From NCBI GenBank assembly GCA_902526865.1, contig CABZMK010000001.1:45768-109767 (forward strand): 64,000 nucleotides of DNA, read 5' to 3'. Made by a program: the position numbers and the translations under genes. A model generated the notes under the pieces. That model worked only from the letters and a program-made list of their open reading frames with translations. It made no database searches and was not told the DNA's origin. Source of the DNA: an uncultured Alphaproteobacteria bacterium (GTDB lineage: Bacteria; Pseudomonadota; Alphaproteobacteria; Methylaequorales; Methylaequoraceae). This document shows, piece by piece, positions 44,657 to 55,230 of the stretch (within the stretch, counting starts at the first letter, position 1; each line of letters begins with the position of its first letter).

Positions 44657-47600
44657 CTAACCTACAGATCCTATGAAGTGATTAATCCCATTGCTAACTC
44701 GTCTTGCACATTCATATAAAGCTTCCAATTTTTGGAAAATACTTTTTTCTTCTTTTGTATAGTTAATATTACCCTCACTTAAATAATTTGATTTATCAGA
44801 AAAACCAATGTTAGAAGTTTTTACTTGGCCAACTGGGAAAATTTTTCTGAGAATTTCAACTGCATTAAAAACGTCAAATCTAATTAATTTTGCAATTACT
44901 TCATCTCTCGACGTACCTGCCTGATCACTAAACTTTGGAATTCTAACAGAGAGTAAAAAAATTTCATGAAAAATCGCAACTCGTATTCCATGCATTAATA
45001 ATAATTCGTCTCTGATCTCTTTTTCAATCACCCTTCCTCTTCCTACAGCAATTCTTCCCCTGAGTTTTCGACCTAGAATCCAGTTTCTTATTTCCATATA
45101 CTCCTGGTGCAGTCCTCTGTAAACTTTATTAAGCCTCCAATGAACATCAAATTTTTCAAGTAGATTTGCAACTTCTTTCATATTTTTACTTCTTTCAGAA
45201 TCTGCAGTTCTTGTTGACCATGACAACCACATCCCTGGATCAAAACAATCTATGTAAGCTTTTAATACTTCTATATCACTAAAGGCGAATGCATGTTGCA
45301 CTATGTCCATAATTCTTTTAAATCTGTCGGAATTGTTGTATACTTTGACGAATTTTTTTTGGTCTTTCCCTATAAATTTACCAACTCCCCCCAGAGAGTT
45401 TGCTAACATTCCGAGCTGTTGAAGAATCGAATTCTGAGGTATCGCTCTTGTCTGACTGGGATGATAAACAAGTGTCTTTATAGAAGAGTCAATATGACGC
45501 TTCACTGACCTTGATCCAGTTGAATGAGTTAAATTAGATCCAAATACATTTAAAAGTGCAGCATAATTAGGATCGTCCATTATTTCTGTATTAAAATTTT
45601 TAATTGTATTAACAAACTCTATACCAAAATCTACCGAATCATATAAAGCATCTGATTTTACAGAACTATCATTATAGCAAAATTCTGTAATTCTAGAAAC
45701 AGCAGCAAAAGCTAAATCATGATTCATAAAGTATTGATAACCGTCACCACCCTGAAAACTCATTTCTTGAATTAAATCAATCTTCCAATCCATAAGTTTT
45801 TTTCGAGTATAATGACAATTCACATATTTCAGTCTATCAATTAAGGATACAGGATGTCCGCCTCTTCCAATCGATTCTCCGTGTGTGTTAAAAATTAAAA
45901 GTTTTACGTTTGTTATATTCAAATCATGCATTGCTTTGGCAATTTTTCTTTGCAAATTTTCAATTGATAAAACTGCAGCAGATTGACCTAAGTATCTTCC
46001 AGCATCTGAAAATCCTGTTTGAACTGTAAGTTTCTTTCTTGCTAAGATATATTTTTTAAAATTTGAATTTCTTAAAAGTGTTCTAATTACATCGTCTCCA
46101 ATCTCAAGACCTTTCTCGGTCTCAAATAGAGGTGATATATCGATTTTACTTTCTACTCCAAATAATTTTGAGAAATATAACGCTGTCATAACAGTAAGTG
46201 GGTAATCACATTCAGCGATCAGAAACCTTATTGACTGATTCTCGTCTATATATTTCAAGATTTGTTTTGTTAACATAAAATATCTTCTTGCATTCATATT
46301 TTCTTCATAAATACTTCCAAAATTAATTTTTACAGGTTTAACATTGTCAATCATTTTTGAAATTATATTCAGATAGGTAAGTTTATTTGAGGGATCATTT
46401 GGATCTCCCATCAAATCAATTTCTTTGGATATGGCATTATTTAGTTGATTTGCATTAAGTCTTAATTGTGTTCTTCCTAAACCAAGTCCAAAATTTGATA
46501 ATTCAATTTTAAAAATTAATATTTCATTAATAGTATTTTTATTTTTACTCGAATCCTTTTCGACTAAAGTGTTTAAAACGGAAGTAATTTTTTTTAGAAT
46601 TAGCAAAGAGTTGGTAAGCAACTTATCTTTATTTTTGTGAAGAAAATTTGATACCTGCTTTATTGAATTTAAATCAGTAACGAAATCTTTTTCTGAAAAT
46701 TTTGTCAGTGCCTCAGTATTAATTTTAATTGCATCAGTAATTATGTTTTTTATTTGAGATAATTCAATTTCACAACCCTTATCTTTATTTAATTTAATAA
46801 TTTTGTTCACCTTTTGTTGGTAAATGTCTAGTTGTTCAACCTTAACCTGGAGTCTTTTTGAAAAACTGTCATTCCAGAATATATCACCTCTCCCATCAAC
46901 ATCATATCCAACCCAAGTGTGTAATCTAAAAATCTGTGGGGTTATTCTGTGATAATCACTTGGGAATAATTTTTTTGATGCATCTATGATTACCTCATAA
47001 AATGTTCTTAGTGAAGCTTGAAGAAATTTTAGAGCAGACATTGATAGACCGTGTTCAAAATCAAGTGTTATTTTCTTTTCTGGTCTTTGCTCTGTCTTGA
47101 AGACTTCTTTAACAATTCCCTTTAATTCTTTATCAGTGAGATTTTTATTATTATTTTTTGATGTAGCCAATTTTGCCAATTCTAACATCATATTATAGGT
47201 CATTCCAAAAGTTGGATGTGCTGTTAATACGATTCCAAAAATTTCTTTGGAAATTTTGCGGTTAAATTCTTGAAAGGTTATCTTTTTCTTTTCTTCGAAT
47301 GCTAGATCTTTAATTATTCTTTTGATGATTTCGATATTTTGTTTTTTGTCTATTTTACCAATATAAGACTTTAAACGATCAGCACGAAGACCAAATGACC
47401 CAACGGCTAGCCTTTGAATTAGAGCTTCAAGTGCAGAATAGTTGAGTTTATTCTTCTCTAATCTTCTGGATATATCGAGAGCTAACATTGTAATTGAATT
47501 GGAAAATGGATCTTTTTCTGCGCCCGATCTAATTTTATCTAAATCCTTTTGCAAAATTTTCCTAAGCTGTTGCGTATCAATATCTCTATCAACAGGAAAA

Positions 47601-47683
47601 CAACTCCATTTTTCTGGTAATAGAGGTTTCCTATATAAATCCATCTCAGAGTGAGATAATTTTCTTATATTAATACTTGTCAT
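44657..47683 (-). CDS. ppc: Phosphoenolpyruvate carboxylase, highly divergent
   Basis: 1008 aa; VLTAHPTF (PEPC VLTAHPTE motif), FNTHGESIGRGGHP (FHGRGGxxGRGGxP motif), VQTGFSDAGRYLG (GYSDSxKDxG motif). Confidence 0.6.
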   Translation of the reverse strand: MTSINIRKLSHSEMDLYRKPLLPEKWSCFPVDRDIDTQQLRKILQKDLDKIRSGAEKDPFSNSITMLALDISRRLEKNKLNYSALEALIQRLAVGSFGLRADRLKSYIGKIDKKQNIEIIKRIIKDLAFEEKKKITFQEFNRKISKEIFGIVLTAHPTFGMTYNMMLELAKLATSKNNNKNLTDKELKGIVKEVFKTEQRPEKKITLDFEHGLSMSALKFLQASLRTFYEVIIDASKKLFPSDYHRITPQIFRLHTWVGYDVDGRGDIFWNDSFSKRLQVKVEQLDIYQQKVNKIIKLNKDKGCEIELSQIKNIITDAIKINTEALTKFSEKDFVTDLNSIKQVSNFLHKNKDKLLTNSLLILKKITSVLNTLVEKDSSKNKNTINEILIFKIELSNFGLGLGRTQLRLNANQLNNAISKEIDLMGDPNDPSNKLTYLNIISKMIDNVKPVKINFGSIYEENMNARRYFMLTKQILKYIDENQSIRFLIAECDYPLTVMTALYFSKLFGVESKIDISPLFETEKGLEIGDDVIRTLLRNSNFKKYILARKKLTVQTGFSDAGRYLGQSAAVLSIENLQRKIAKAMHDLNITNVKLLIFNTHGESIGRGGHPVSLIDRLKYVNCHYTRKKLMDWKIDLIQEMSFQGGDGYQYFMNHDLAFAAVSRITEFCYNDSSVKSDALYDSVDFGIEFVNTIKNFNTEIMDDPNYAALLNVFGSNLTHSTGSRSVKRHIDSSIKTLVYHPSQTRAIPQNSILQQLGMLANSLGGVGKFIGKDQKKFVKVYNNSDRFKRIMDIVQHAFAFSDIEVLKAYIDCFDPGMWLSWSTRTADSERSKNMKEVANLLEKFDVHWRLNKVYRGLHQEYMEIRNWILGRKLRGRIAVGRGRVIEKEIRDELLLMHGIRVAIFHEIFLLSVRIPKFSDQAGTSRDEVIAKLIRFDVFNAVEILRKIFPVGQVKTSNIGFSDKSNYLSEGNINYTKEEKSIFQKLEALYECARRVSNGINHFIGSVG

Positions 47684-47759
47684 TTCTTAAAAAGTTATAT
47701 AATTAAGGTTTATATCATAATTATTATTCATTAATATGATGTTTTTTTGAAAAAATTTA

Positions 47760-48527
47760 ATGGCTCTTTTAAAAGAAAAAGTTACTGAAATCCATCACTG
47801 GACTGACAAAACATTTAGTTTCAAAACAACTAGAGACATGAGCTTCAGATTTAAAAATGGTGAGTTCGCAATGATAGGTCTTGAGATTGATGGAAAGCCA
47901 TTGTTAAGGGCATATTCTGTTGTTAGTCCTAATCATGAAGATCATTTAGAGTTTTTAAGTATTAAAGTTCCTAACGGACCTTTAACTAGTAAGCTTCAAC
48001 ATATAAAAATTGATGATGAGATAATTGTTAATTCAAAACCCACTGGAACACTTGTGTGTGACTACCTTCTGCCAGGAAGAAATCTTTTTTTATTTTCAAC
48101 TGGTACTGGGTTAGCTCCCTTCATGAGTATTGTTAGAGATCCTGAAACATACGAAAAATTTGAAAAGATTATTTTAACTCATACCGTTAGAACATCTAAA
48201 GAACTTGCTTATAAAGATTTACTCACAAATCTAAATAACGATGAGATTTATTCTGAGGTGACCAGAAATAATTTTATCTATTTTAACACTGTTACGAGAG
48301 AAAAATGGGATAATGAAGGAAGAATTACAGACTGGATAAAAGAAAATACATTATGGAATAAAGTTGGTGTAGAAAGCTTTAACTCAGAAATTGACAGAGT
48401 AATGATTTGTGGATCAGAAGAGATGACATTTGATTTAAAACAAATATTTGAAAAACTTGGTTCTAAAGAAGGTTCCACAAAAGTTCAAGGCGGATTTGTT
48501 ATTGAAAAAGCATTTGCAGAAAAATAA
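47760..48527 (+). CDS. fpr: Ferredoxin/flavodoxin-NADP+ reductase
   Basis: 255 aa; close pattern match to bacterial Fpr (HWTDKTFSF...GLEIDGKPLLRAYS...LEFLSIKVPNGPLTSKL). Confidence 0.8.
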   Translation: MALLKEKVTEIHHWTDKTFSFKTTRDMSFRFKNGEFAMIGLEIDGKPLLRAYSVVSPNHEDHLEFLSIKVPNGPLTSKLQHIKIDDEIIVNSKPTGTLVCDYLLPGRNLFLFSTGTGLAPFMSIVRDPETYEKFEKIILTHTVRTSKELAYKDLLTNLNNDEIYSEVTRNNFIYFNTVTREKWDNEGRITDWIKENTLWNKVGVESFNSEIDRVMICGSEEMTFDLKQIFEKLGSKEGSTKVQGGFVIEKAFAEK

Positions 48528-49162
48528 TGATAAAGCTTATTTATTTTGATTTTAATTTTTGGAGAATAGACATATTGAGATTATGTCTTTCTCACTCAAA
48601 AATACCTTATAAATATGTTAGAATTAATAGACAACAGTGGCCAAAAAAAAAAAAAGAATTTCCATTTGGTCAACTTCCAGTAATGATTGTTAATGATAAA
48701 CAGTATTCCCAAACACATACTATAGCAAAATTTTGTGCAAAGCGTGCCTCTCTGTACGATACAAATGAATTAAAAATATTAATTATAGATCAAGTATTAG
48801 ATTGGGCAAACGAAATAACAACTCACATTGCTCCCTCAATAAGAGCGGCAATGAGAGAAAAAAACCTTGCTAAGTCAAAGAAACTTCGTCAAGAGTTTAT
48901 AGAAAATGATTTGCATTTATGGTTTTCCTACTTAGAAAATTTATTAAAGAATTCTTCACTAAATAAAAAGTTTTTTACAGACAGATTTAGTATTGCGGAT
49001 ATAACAGCTTGGAGAGTAATTTTTTGGTTTTGTTCTGGTAAACTTGATCTAATAGATCCCTCATTTTTAACTCAAACTCCAACATTGAAAAGTTATTACA
49101 ATGAAATTTGTAACTATAAGCCATTGAATGAACTTGAGGAATTTAAATCTATTACAAATTAA
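48527..49162 (+). CDS. Glutathione S-transferase-like protein
   Basis: 211 aa; N-terminal thioredoxin-fold GST features (FGQLPVMIVNDKQYSQTHTIAKF). Confidence 0.5.
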   Translation: MIKLIYFDFNFWRIDILRLCLSHSKIPYKYVRINRQQWPKKKKEFPFGQLPVMIVNDKQYSQTHTIAKFCAKRASLYDTNELKILIIDQVLDWANEITTHIAPSIRAAMREKNLAKSKKLRQEFIENDLHLWFSYLENLLKNSSLNKKFFTDRFSIADITAWRVIFWFCSGKLDLIDPSFLTQTPTLKSYYNEICNYKPLNELEEFKSITN

Positions 49163-49165
49163 TAT

Positions 49166-50416
49166 CTAAGGAATCTGCATTTTAATTGGAAATCTTCGCT
49201 TCATCCAGAACAGTATAATTAAACCTGGTAAACCAAATATAGTTGATAGTGCAAAAAAATAACTCCATCCTAAAAACTCTACAATAAAACCAGATGGAGA
49301 AGATAAAAAAGTTCTTGCTACACCCATAACCGAAGATAAAAGTGCATACTGTGTTCCGGAAAATTCTTTTTTACAAAGAACTGATAAATATGCTACAAAA
49401 GCAGCTGAACCCAAACCACCTGAATAATTCTCACCTGCAATAGTAATTAAAAGAAAATTAAATTCAGGTCCAACTACATTTAATAAAACATATAGTAAAT
49501 TTGATACTATTTGAAAGAAACCTGAGATTATTAAAGAATTAATTAAACCAATTTTTTTCACTAAGTATCCCCCAGAAAAAACACCAAGTAAAGTCATAAG
49601 AACACCAAATATTTTACTTGCATTCGCGATATCTATATTTGAAAAACCAATTTTTACATAAAACGGATTTGCCATTATCCCTGCAACTACGTCTCCAAAT
49701 TTAAAGAAAAAAATGAAAAAAAGAATTACAATTAAATTTTTAAATGAGTTTCTTGAAATAAACTCTTTGAATGGAGCTAAAAGACTACCTTGATTCTTTT
49801 GTTTTCGGTAAGAATTAGTCTTTAGCACAAAAATACTTAAAATCATTAAAAATAAAATAACTACAGCAATTGATACAAAAACTTGCGACCAGCTAAAAAT
49901 ACTCTTTAGATATAGAGAACCTGCTCCTGCTATAATTCCTCCGACTCTATATCCAAACTGAGTCGCAGCAGCCCCCGCACCTTGAAGTTCGTCCTCAAGA
50001 ATTTCAATTCTAAAAGCATCTATGATTATATCCTGATTAGCTGAAAAGAAAGCAGTTAACAATGCAAAAGATGCAGTTAAAACCAGATTTTCAGCTGGAT
50101 TACAAAAACCTAAAAGGATCAAAGAAAAAATTAACAAAATTTGTGTTATCAGTAACCAGGATTTTCTTTGGCCTAAATAATTGCTTAGAATAGGTATTTG
50201 ATAATTATCTATAAAAGGTGCCCAAGTAAATTTTAAACTCCAAGGTATTTGTGTGAGTGCAAATAGACCAACAGTAGATATATCAATATTTTCTCTGGTT
50301 AGCCAAATAAATAAAGTCGATAAAATCATGTAAAGAGGTATCCCACTTGCAATACCCATTACAAATACCAAAAATATTTTTTTTGAATAATATATATTTA
50401 GGAATCCAATATTCAT
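49166..50416 (-). CDS. ampG: AmpG-family MFS permease (muropeptide/folate-biopterin transporter family)
   Basis: 416 aa, about 12 TM; N-terminal pattern GIASGIPLYMILSTLFIWLTRENIDISTVGLFAL...KFTWAPFID as in AmpG. Confidence 0.65.
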   Translation of the reverse strand: MNIGFLNIYYSKKIFLVFVMGIASGIPLYMILSTLFIWLTRENIDISTVGLFALTQIPWSLKFTWAPFIDNYQIPILSNYLGQRKSWLLITQILLIFSLILLGFCNPAENLVLTASFALLTAFFSANQDIIIDAFRIEILEDELQGAGAAATQFGYRVGGIIAGAGSLYLKSIFSWSQVFVSIAVVILFLMILSIFVLKTNSYRKQKNQGSLLAPFKEFISRNSFKNLIVILFFIFFFKFGDVVAGIMANPFYVKIGFSNIDIANASKIFGVLMTLLGVFSGGYLVKKIGLINSLIISGFFQIVSNLLYVLLNVVGPEFNFLLITIAGENYSGGLGSAAFVAYLSVLCKKEFSGTQYALLSSVMGVARTFLSSPSGFIVEFLGWSYFFALSTIFGLPGLIILFWMKRRFPIKMQIP

Positions 50417-50457
50417 TATATTGTTGAAATTTTCGTTTTTATAACAATAATAATAAT

Positions 50458-50850
50458 ATGTACATAAAAATAATCATCTACTCTTTTTTTGCATTCATCT
50501 TCATGAATACCAATAATGCTTACTCAACTGAGGATATTCCAAATATCGTTGGAACTTGGATTGGAGAAAATAAGACTATTTCAGAACAAAGAGGTTTTAG
50601 AACCTGGGAAAAAAAAGTTGAAATAATCGAGCAAAAAGGGCGCAGGTTTAAAGGTACTTTTTCCTACACTGATGGAACAAAAAATTTTTTCGGTGTTATT
50701 CACCCCGATAATTTAACAATTACTTGGGTTGCATCAAACAGCAGAGGTTATAACCTTGGAAAATTACTCACTAAAAATAGATTAAGTGCCTGTTATGTCG
50801 AGTCTGGGATAGATGCTACAGCAGGATGCGCAGATTTAATTAGAAAATAG
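50458..50850 (+). CDS. Secreted hypothetical protein (130 aa)
   Basis: Signal peptide; two C-terminal Cys; no family recognised. Confidence 0.35.
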   Translation: MYIKIIIYSFFAFIFMNTNNAYSTEDIPNIVGTWIGENKTISEQRGFRTWEKKVEIIEQKGRRFKGTFSYTDGTKNFFGVIHPDNLTITWVASNSRGYNLGKLLTKNRLSACYVESGIDATAGCADLIRK

Positions 50851-50851
50851 C

Positions 50852-51574
50852 CTAGACAACCTTTTCAAATAGTTTCTTCAGATGTTTCGTCGGCGTTTTT
50901 TTTGCCTGAGAGACAGAACCCCACCAGTGCAAACTTGAATTTTCAAGAACTAATACCTCTTCAAAATACTTTAAAACACCTCTCATGTCAGATGTTACAA
51001 CTATCAACGAAGTATTGTTTATTTTAGATAACTTCTTTATTATATTAAAAATAACATTTGTTTTAATTGGATCTAAACCTGCAGTAGGTTCGTCAAGCAC
51101 TAAAAACTTTGGATCGTGAGAAATTGCTCTTGCAATTGCAACTCTTTTTCTCATCCCACCGGAAAGCTCTGCAGGAAATAAAAAAGCATCATTTCTCTCC
51201 AAACCAACTTTTTTTAGAATTGAATAGGACTTTTTGATTAATTTTTCTTCTGAGAAGTTGTTTAAACTTCTAAACATAATATTTTCCCAGACTGTTAAAC
51301 TATCAAATAAGGCGTCTTTTTGGAACACAACTCCAAAAGTATTGAATATATCTTTTATTTTCTTGTCTGAAATTGATTTGCCATTTATGTAGATTGTACC
51401 TGAACTTATTTTAACGAGCCCTAGCATACTTTTTAGCAATGAACTTTTTCCTGATGAACCTGTCCCTATTATACATAACGATTTTTCTGGAGTGACAGAA
51501 AATGATAAATCTCTAAGAATAATTTTGCCATCTATTTTTAGAGATACTTTTTTAAAAACGATTGTATTTTTCAT
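50852..51574 (-). CDS. ABC transporter ATP-binding protein (orphan)
   Basis: Walker A GTGSSGKSS, signature LSGGMRKRV, Walker B LVLDEPT. Confidence 0.75.
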   Translation of the reverse strand: MKNTIVFKKVSLKIDGKIILRDLSFSVTPEKSLCIIGTGSSGKSSLLKSMLGLVKISSGTIYINGKSISDKKIKDIFNTFGVVFQKDALFDSLTVWENIMFRSLNNFSEEKLIKKSYSILKKVGLERNDAFLFPAELSGGMRKRVAIARAISHDPKFLVLDEPTAGLDPIKTNVIFNIIKKLSKINNTSLIVVTSDMRGVLKYFEEVLVLENSSLHWWGSVSQAKKTPTKHLKKLFEKVV

Positions 51575-51582
51575 GACTTTTA

Positions 51583-52332
51583 ATGCTACGATATCATATG
51601 AAGATTAATTATAAACTAAGTAATGTTATTTTTGAAAAAGGATCCGTAATTTTAGCTGGTGCAGGTCCTGGGAGTTTAGAGCAAGTAACATTAAAGGTCT
51701 ATGAAGCGATATCGCAAGCAGATGTAATTATATACGACTCTTTAGTCAATGAAAATATTCTAAAAAACTCAAATAAATCTGCGGTAAAAATATTTGGAGG
51801 TAAAACTAAAAATAAAAGAGCATGTTCTCAAAGTGAAATAAATGAATGGATGGTGTATCATGCAAAAAAAAACAAAAAAGTATTAAGACTTAAAGGTGGT
51901 GATCCAAGTTTTTTTAGTAGAGGGAGTCAAGAAATAGAATATCTTAAAAAATATAAGATAAAATATAAACTTTTTTCAGGAATCACATCATCGCAACCAG
52001 CCATAAAAAAAACGAATATTTCTTTTTTTAATCAAAATGATGTTTGTAACTTTATTACAGGGCATAGAAGAATAAAAAATAACTCTATTTCGCTTGATCT
52101 AGAGAAAATTGTAGGTAATGAGGGTAGAATAATAATATATATGGGAATCAGTCAAATAAAAAAGATTTCATCTGACTTAGTTGATCTAGGAATAGATTGT
52201 AAAACTAAAGTTTTCATAGTTTCAAATGCTTCAATGCCCTCCGAAAGAGTTTTTGAATCATCATTATACGAGGTTGAACAAACAATTAATCAAAACAGTA
52301 TTCTTCCACCATCTATAATAGTTATTGGTTAG
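51583..52332 (+). CDS. cobA: Uroporphyrinogen-III C-methyltransferase (SUMT; CobA/CysG C-domain-like)
   Basis: VILAGAGPGSLEQVTLKVYEAISQADVIIYDSLV and LKGGDPSFFSRG motifs. Confidence 0.75.
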   Translation: MLRYHMKINYKLSNVIFEKGSVILAGAGPGSLEQVTLKVYEAISQADVIIYDSLVNENILKNSNKSAVKIFGGKTKNKRACSQSEINEWMVYHAKKNKKVLRLKGGDPSFFSRGSQEIEYLKKYKIKYKLFSGITSSQPAIKKTNISFFNQNDVCNFITGHRRIKNNSISLDLEKIVGNEGRIIIYMGISQIKKISSDLVDLGIDCKTKVFIVSNASMPSERVFESSLYEVEQTINQNSILPPSIIVIG

Positions 52333-52349
52333 CGTTCATTGAGAGTTTT

Positions 52350-53210
52350 TTGAAAAATATTTTAGAATACATAGCTGTAACTTTCTTTTTTTTATTATTT
52401 AAATTCCTTGGGCTTAGACTATCTTCATTATTCGGAGGAATAGTTTTTTATTTATATGGTCTTTTTTCAAAAAGAAATTCTATCGCAAAAAAAAATATTC
52501 TGAGAGTCTTCCCAAAAATTAGCAAACGAGAACTTAATAATATTATCAGCAAGATGTGGTTTCATTTTGGAAGAGTTGTGGGTGAGTATCCAAATCTAAA
52601 TAAGATTAAACTAGGGAGAAAAAATAATATCATAATTGAAAATGAAAAAAACTTGATAAATGCACTAAAAAAATATTCAAATTGTTTATTTTTTTCTGCA
52701 CATATTGGTAACTGGGAATTAACTTCTCATCTTCTTATCCAAAAAGGTTATAAAATAAATTTTATATATAGGGCTCCAAATAATCATTTAGTTGATAATG
52801 TTCTGAGAAAGATTCGCTTTAGCTACGGTGTTGATTTAATTAGAAAAGGTAATCAAGGAGCAAAACAATGTCTCAAAATTTTAAATAGTAAAGGTGGACA
52901 TATTGGGATGCTCATTGATCAGAAAATGAATGACGGTATTTCTACAAAATTTTTTGGCGAAACGGTTAATTCACCATCTGCGATTGCAAAATTTGCTTTA
53001 AAATTCGATTGCCCCATTATTCCAGCAGTTTGTTTTAGAGAAAATTCTACGAATTTCAGAATTTCTTATGCAAAACCAATCACTCCTAATGAATTAAAAA
53101 AAATTGGTAATGAAAAAGAAATTATGAATTATTTAAATAATTATGTTGAAATATGGATCAAAAAGAAACCAGAGCAGTGGATTTGGTTTCATAATAGATG
53201 GAATAATTAA
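52350..53210 (+). CDS. lpxL: Lipid A biosynthesis lauroyl/myristoyl acyltransferase (LpxL/HtrB family)
   Basis: 286 aa; N-terminal TM; HX4D-type acyltransferase region (SAHIGNWE). Confidence 0.65.
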   Translation: MKNILEYIAVTFFFLLFKFLGLRLSSLFGGIVFYLYGLFSKRNSIAKKNILRVFPKISKRELNNIISKMWFHFGRVVGEYPNLNKIKLGRKNNIIIENEKNLINALKKYSNCLFFSAHIGNWELTSHLLIQKGYKINFIYRAPNNHLVDNVLRKIRFSYGVDLIRKGNQGAKQCLKILNSKGGHIGMLIDQKMNDGISTKFFGETVNSPSAIAKFALKFDCPIIPAVCFRENSTNFRISYAKPITPNELKKIGNEKEIMNYLNNYVEIWIKKKPEQWIWFHNRWNN

Positions 53211-54142
53211 ATAATCTTTTTTATAACGTTTGCGATTCTCTCTGATTCATTTATTTTTTTATATTTCCAACTTACAATATCACCATTAAAATATCTTACT
53301 ACACCTCTTTTTTCTAAATTTTGAACGAAGATTTTTATTTTTTTTTTCTTATTTTTTATCTTCACCATATAAACTGGTTTTCCTGTAAAGACTGCATCGG
53401 ATGTCATACTGACTGAATCTTCTGTTACTATGAAATGTGACGATTTATTTATTAAATACCAATAGGGATCATTATCTCTATAATTATAACAGTAATGTTT
53501 TAATTTTTTTCTTTTTTTTATAATTCTTTTTGTGATTGCGCTTGTTCTTCGTGAGAAACAATATACAACGGTATATCTCGCACTAATTAGATTTATTTTG
53601 TCGACAAGACTATTTATTTCAGAAACTTCTAATTTAGAACTTCTTCCATCACCGCCTATTAGACATGCGATGATATTTTTGTTTGATTCAAGTTCCTTGT
53701 AATTGTTAAGGTCTTTATTTACTAATTTTCTTTTACTAACAAATGTTCCCAGAAACTCTAAAACATTTTTGTAATTTGAGAGCTTAGAAAAATCATGAGA
53801 TGGAATAAGTATTTTATCAAAGCGATTTCTCAGACAATAAGGATCTAATATATGAAAGATTTTACATTTTTTGTTTAATTTTTTAAGTATTAAGCTATAA
53901 GGAGCACTGATTCTTCCACAGGAAATAATAAGATCTGCTTTCTTATTCTTATTTTTTTTAAAAAATGATCTAACTAATAAGTATATATAAATTGCATGGT
54001 TTGGAAGATTATGTATTAATCCCCTCTCAATTCTCAAATACTCTGTTTTTAGTTTAACCTTTTTTTTTAAATAATATAGAAGAGAATCACATTGATTATA
54101 ACTACTTTTTTTTTCATCAGTTATTATTAGAACTTTTTTCAT
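53207..54142 (-). CDS. Hypothetical protein, possibly DUF1022/ELM1-like glycosyltransferase-related
   Basis: 311 aa; weak recollection of ELM1/DUF1022 family features; sits in LPS-modification context (lpxL, PAP2). Confidence 0.3.
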   Translation of the reverse strand: MKKVLIITDEKKSSYNQCDSLLYYLKKKVKLKTEYLRIERGLIHNLPNHAIYIYLLVRSFFKKNKNKKADLIISCGRISAPYSLILKKLNKKCKIFHILDPYCLRNRFDKILIPSHDFSKLSNYKNVLEFLGTFVSKRKLVNKDLNNYKELESNKNIIACLIGGDGRSSKLEVSEINSLVDKINLISARYTVVYCFSRRTSAITKRIIKKRKKLKHYCYNYRDNDPYWYLINKSSHFIVTEDSVSMTSDAVFTGKPVYMVKIKNKKKKIKIFVQNLEKRGVVRYFNGDIVSWKYKKINESERIANVIKKII

Positions 54143-54231
54143 AAAATAGTTTCTTCTTTAAATGTAAATAAATTATATATTTGTATAATATCGCTAAATA
54201 AATCATAAAAATCATGGCAAAAATATTATCA

Positions 54232-54831
54232 CTAAAAAAAATGCCCTCCCATAGCAAGTCTACAAAAAAAAACAAAAAAACCCAGAAATACGTTTGACAA
54301 AAAAAAGATGGGATTTTTAAGTAATATTGTACCAACAGTTAAAGAAAAAGCTGCAGAGGTTTCACCACTTATCCAAGAGCAATTTTTTTCACACTGATCA
54401 GACTTAAGAAAAGCTGGTGTGAAAATTTTCTCTCCACCAAACTCCTCAATATGAACAGGTCTGGCTCTTCCCCAAGTATCCTTGAAATACAAGTTGGCAA
54501 TTATTCCGCAACCGAGAATTGGTCCAACAACTAATCCTATTAATGCAAACTTGGTTCTCTGATTTATTAATTTTTTTATATTTTGTCTTTTATTAATAAA
54601 GTTTATGAATAATATAATTAAAGATAGAACTGGAATAAAAATCATAAAATTTTTTAAATAGACCCGAAAAGCTTTAATTATTGTATATTTTTCTGAAACA
54701 AACTGATTTTCAATAAAAAAAAAATTTGAAACATAAATATCCAAACTCGGAAAAAATAAGAAAAGAAGACCAAAAAAAATAAAGGTAAAGGTGTTGTAAA
54801 AGATAATTTTTTTAATAAATTTTGAATTCAT
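54232..54831 (-). CDS. PAP2-family membrane phosphatase (lipid phosphate/lipid A phosphatase-like)
   Basis: 199 aa; motifs KDTWGRARP, SGETS, RLAMGGHF resembling PAP2 KX6RP/PSGH/SRX5HX3D. Confidence 0.55.
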   Translation of the reverse strand: MNSKFIKKIIFYNTFTFIFFGLLFLFFPSLDIYVSNFFFIENQFVSEKYTIIKAFRVYLKNFMIFIPVLSLIILFINFINKRQNIKKLINQRTKFALIGLVVGPILGCGIIANLYFKDTWGRARPVHIEEFGGEKIFTPAFLKSDQCEKNCSWISGETSAAFSLTVGTILLKNPIFFLSNVFLGFFVFFCRLAMGGHFF

Positions 54832-54844
54832 TAAGATTTAATAA

Positions 54845-55228
54845 TTACTTATAGTTCCTTTTTGGCTTAAGAAACGTCAAATATCTCAATCTCAATACGA
54901 TGATTGCTATAGCGATTATGAGTATTGCTACAGATTCATAAATAAGAATGGATGGATCGAGATCCTTTTTTTGCAGTATTATTAGTCTTGAAATGGCTGT
55001 TATTGCAATAATCAGAGGGTATGTAATTCGTATTTCTTCATTAAGAAGGTAAACTCTTATCATCCCCATAACCTCAACATAGATGAAAAGAAGTAAGAGA
55101 TCTGCAAGTTCAACTTTCATTTTTTCTATCATAAGATTTATTTCGCTAATAAAACCTATAACGGCACCTGTAAGAATTAACAGTACAGAAGCAACTTGAA
55201 TCAGTCTTATAAATTTCTCTACATTCAT
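54845..55228 (-). CDS. Small four-TM membrane protein, PsiE-like
   Basis: 127 aa; hydrophobic; weak PsiE-family resemblance. Confidence 0.3.
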   Translation of the reverse strand: MNVEKFIRLIQVASVLLILTGAVIGFISEINLMIEKMKVELADLLLLFIYVEVMGMIRVYLLNEEIRITYPLIIAITAISRLIILQKKDLDPSILIYESVAILIIAIAIIVLRLRYLTFLKPKRNYK

Positions 55229-55230
55229 AT

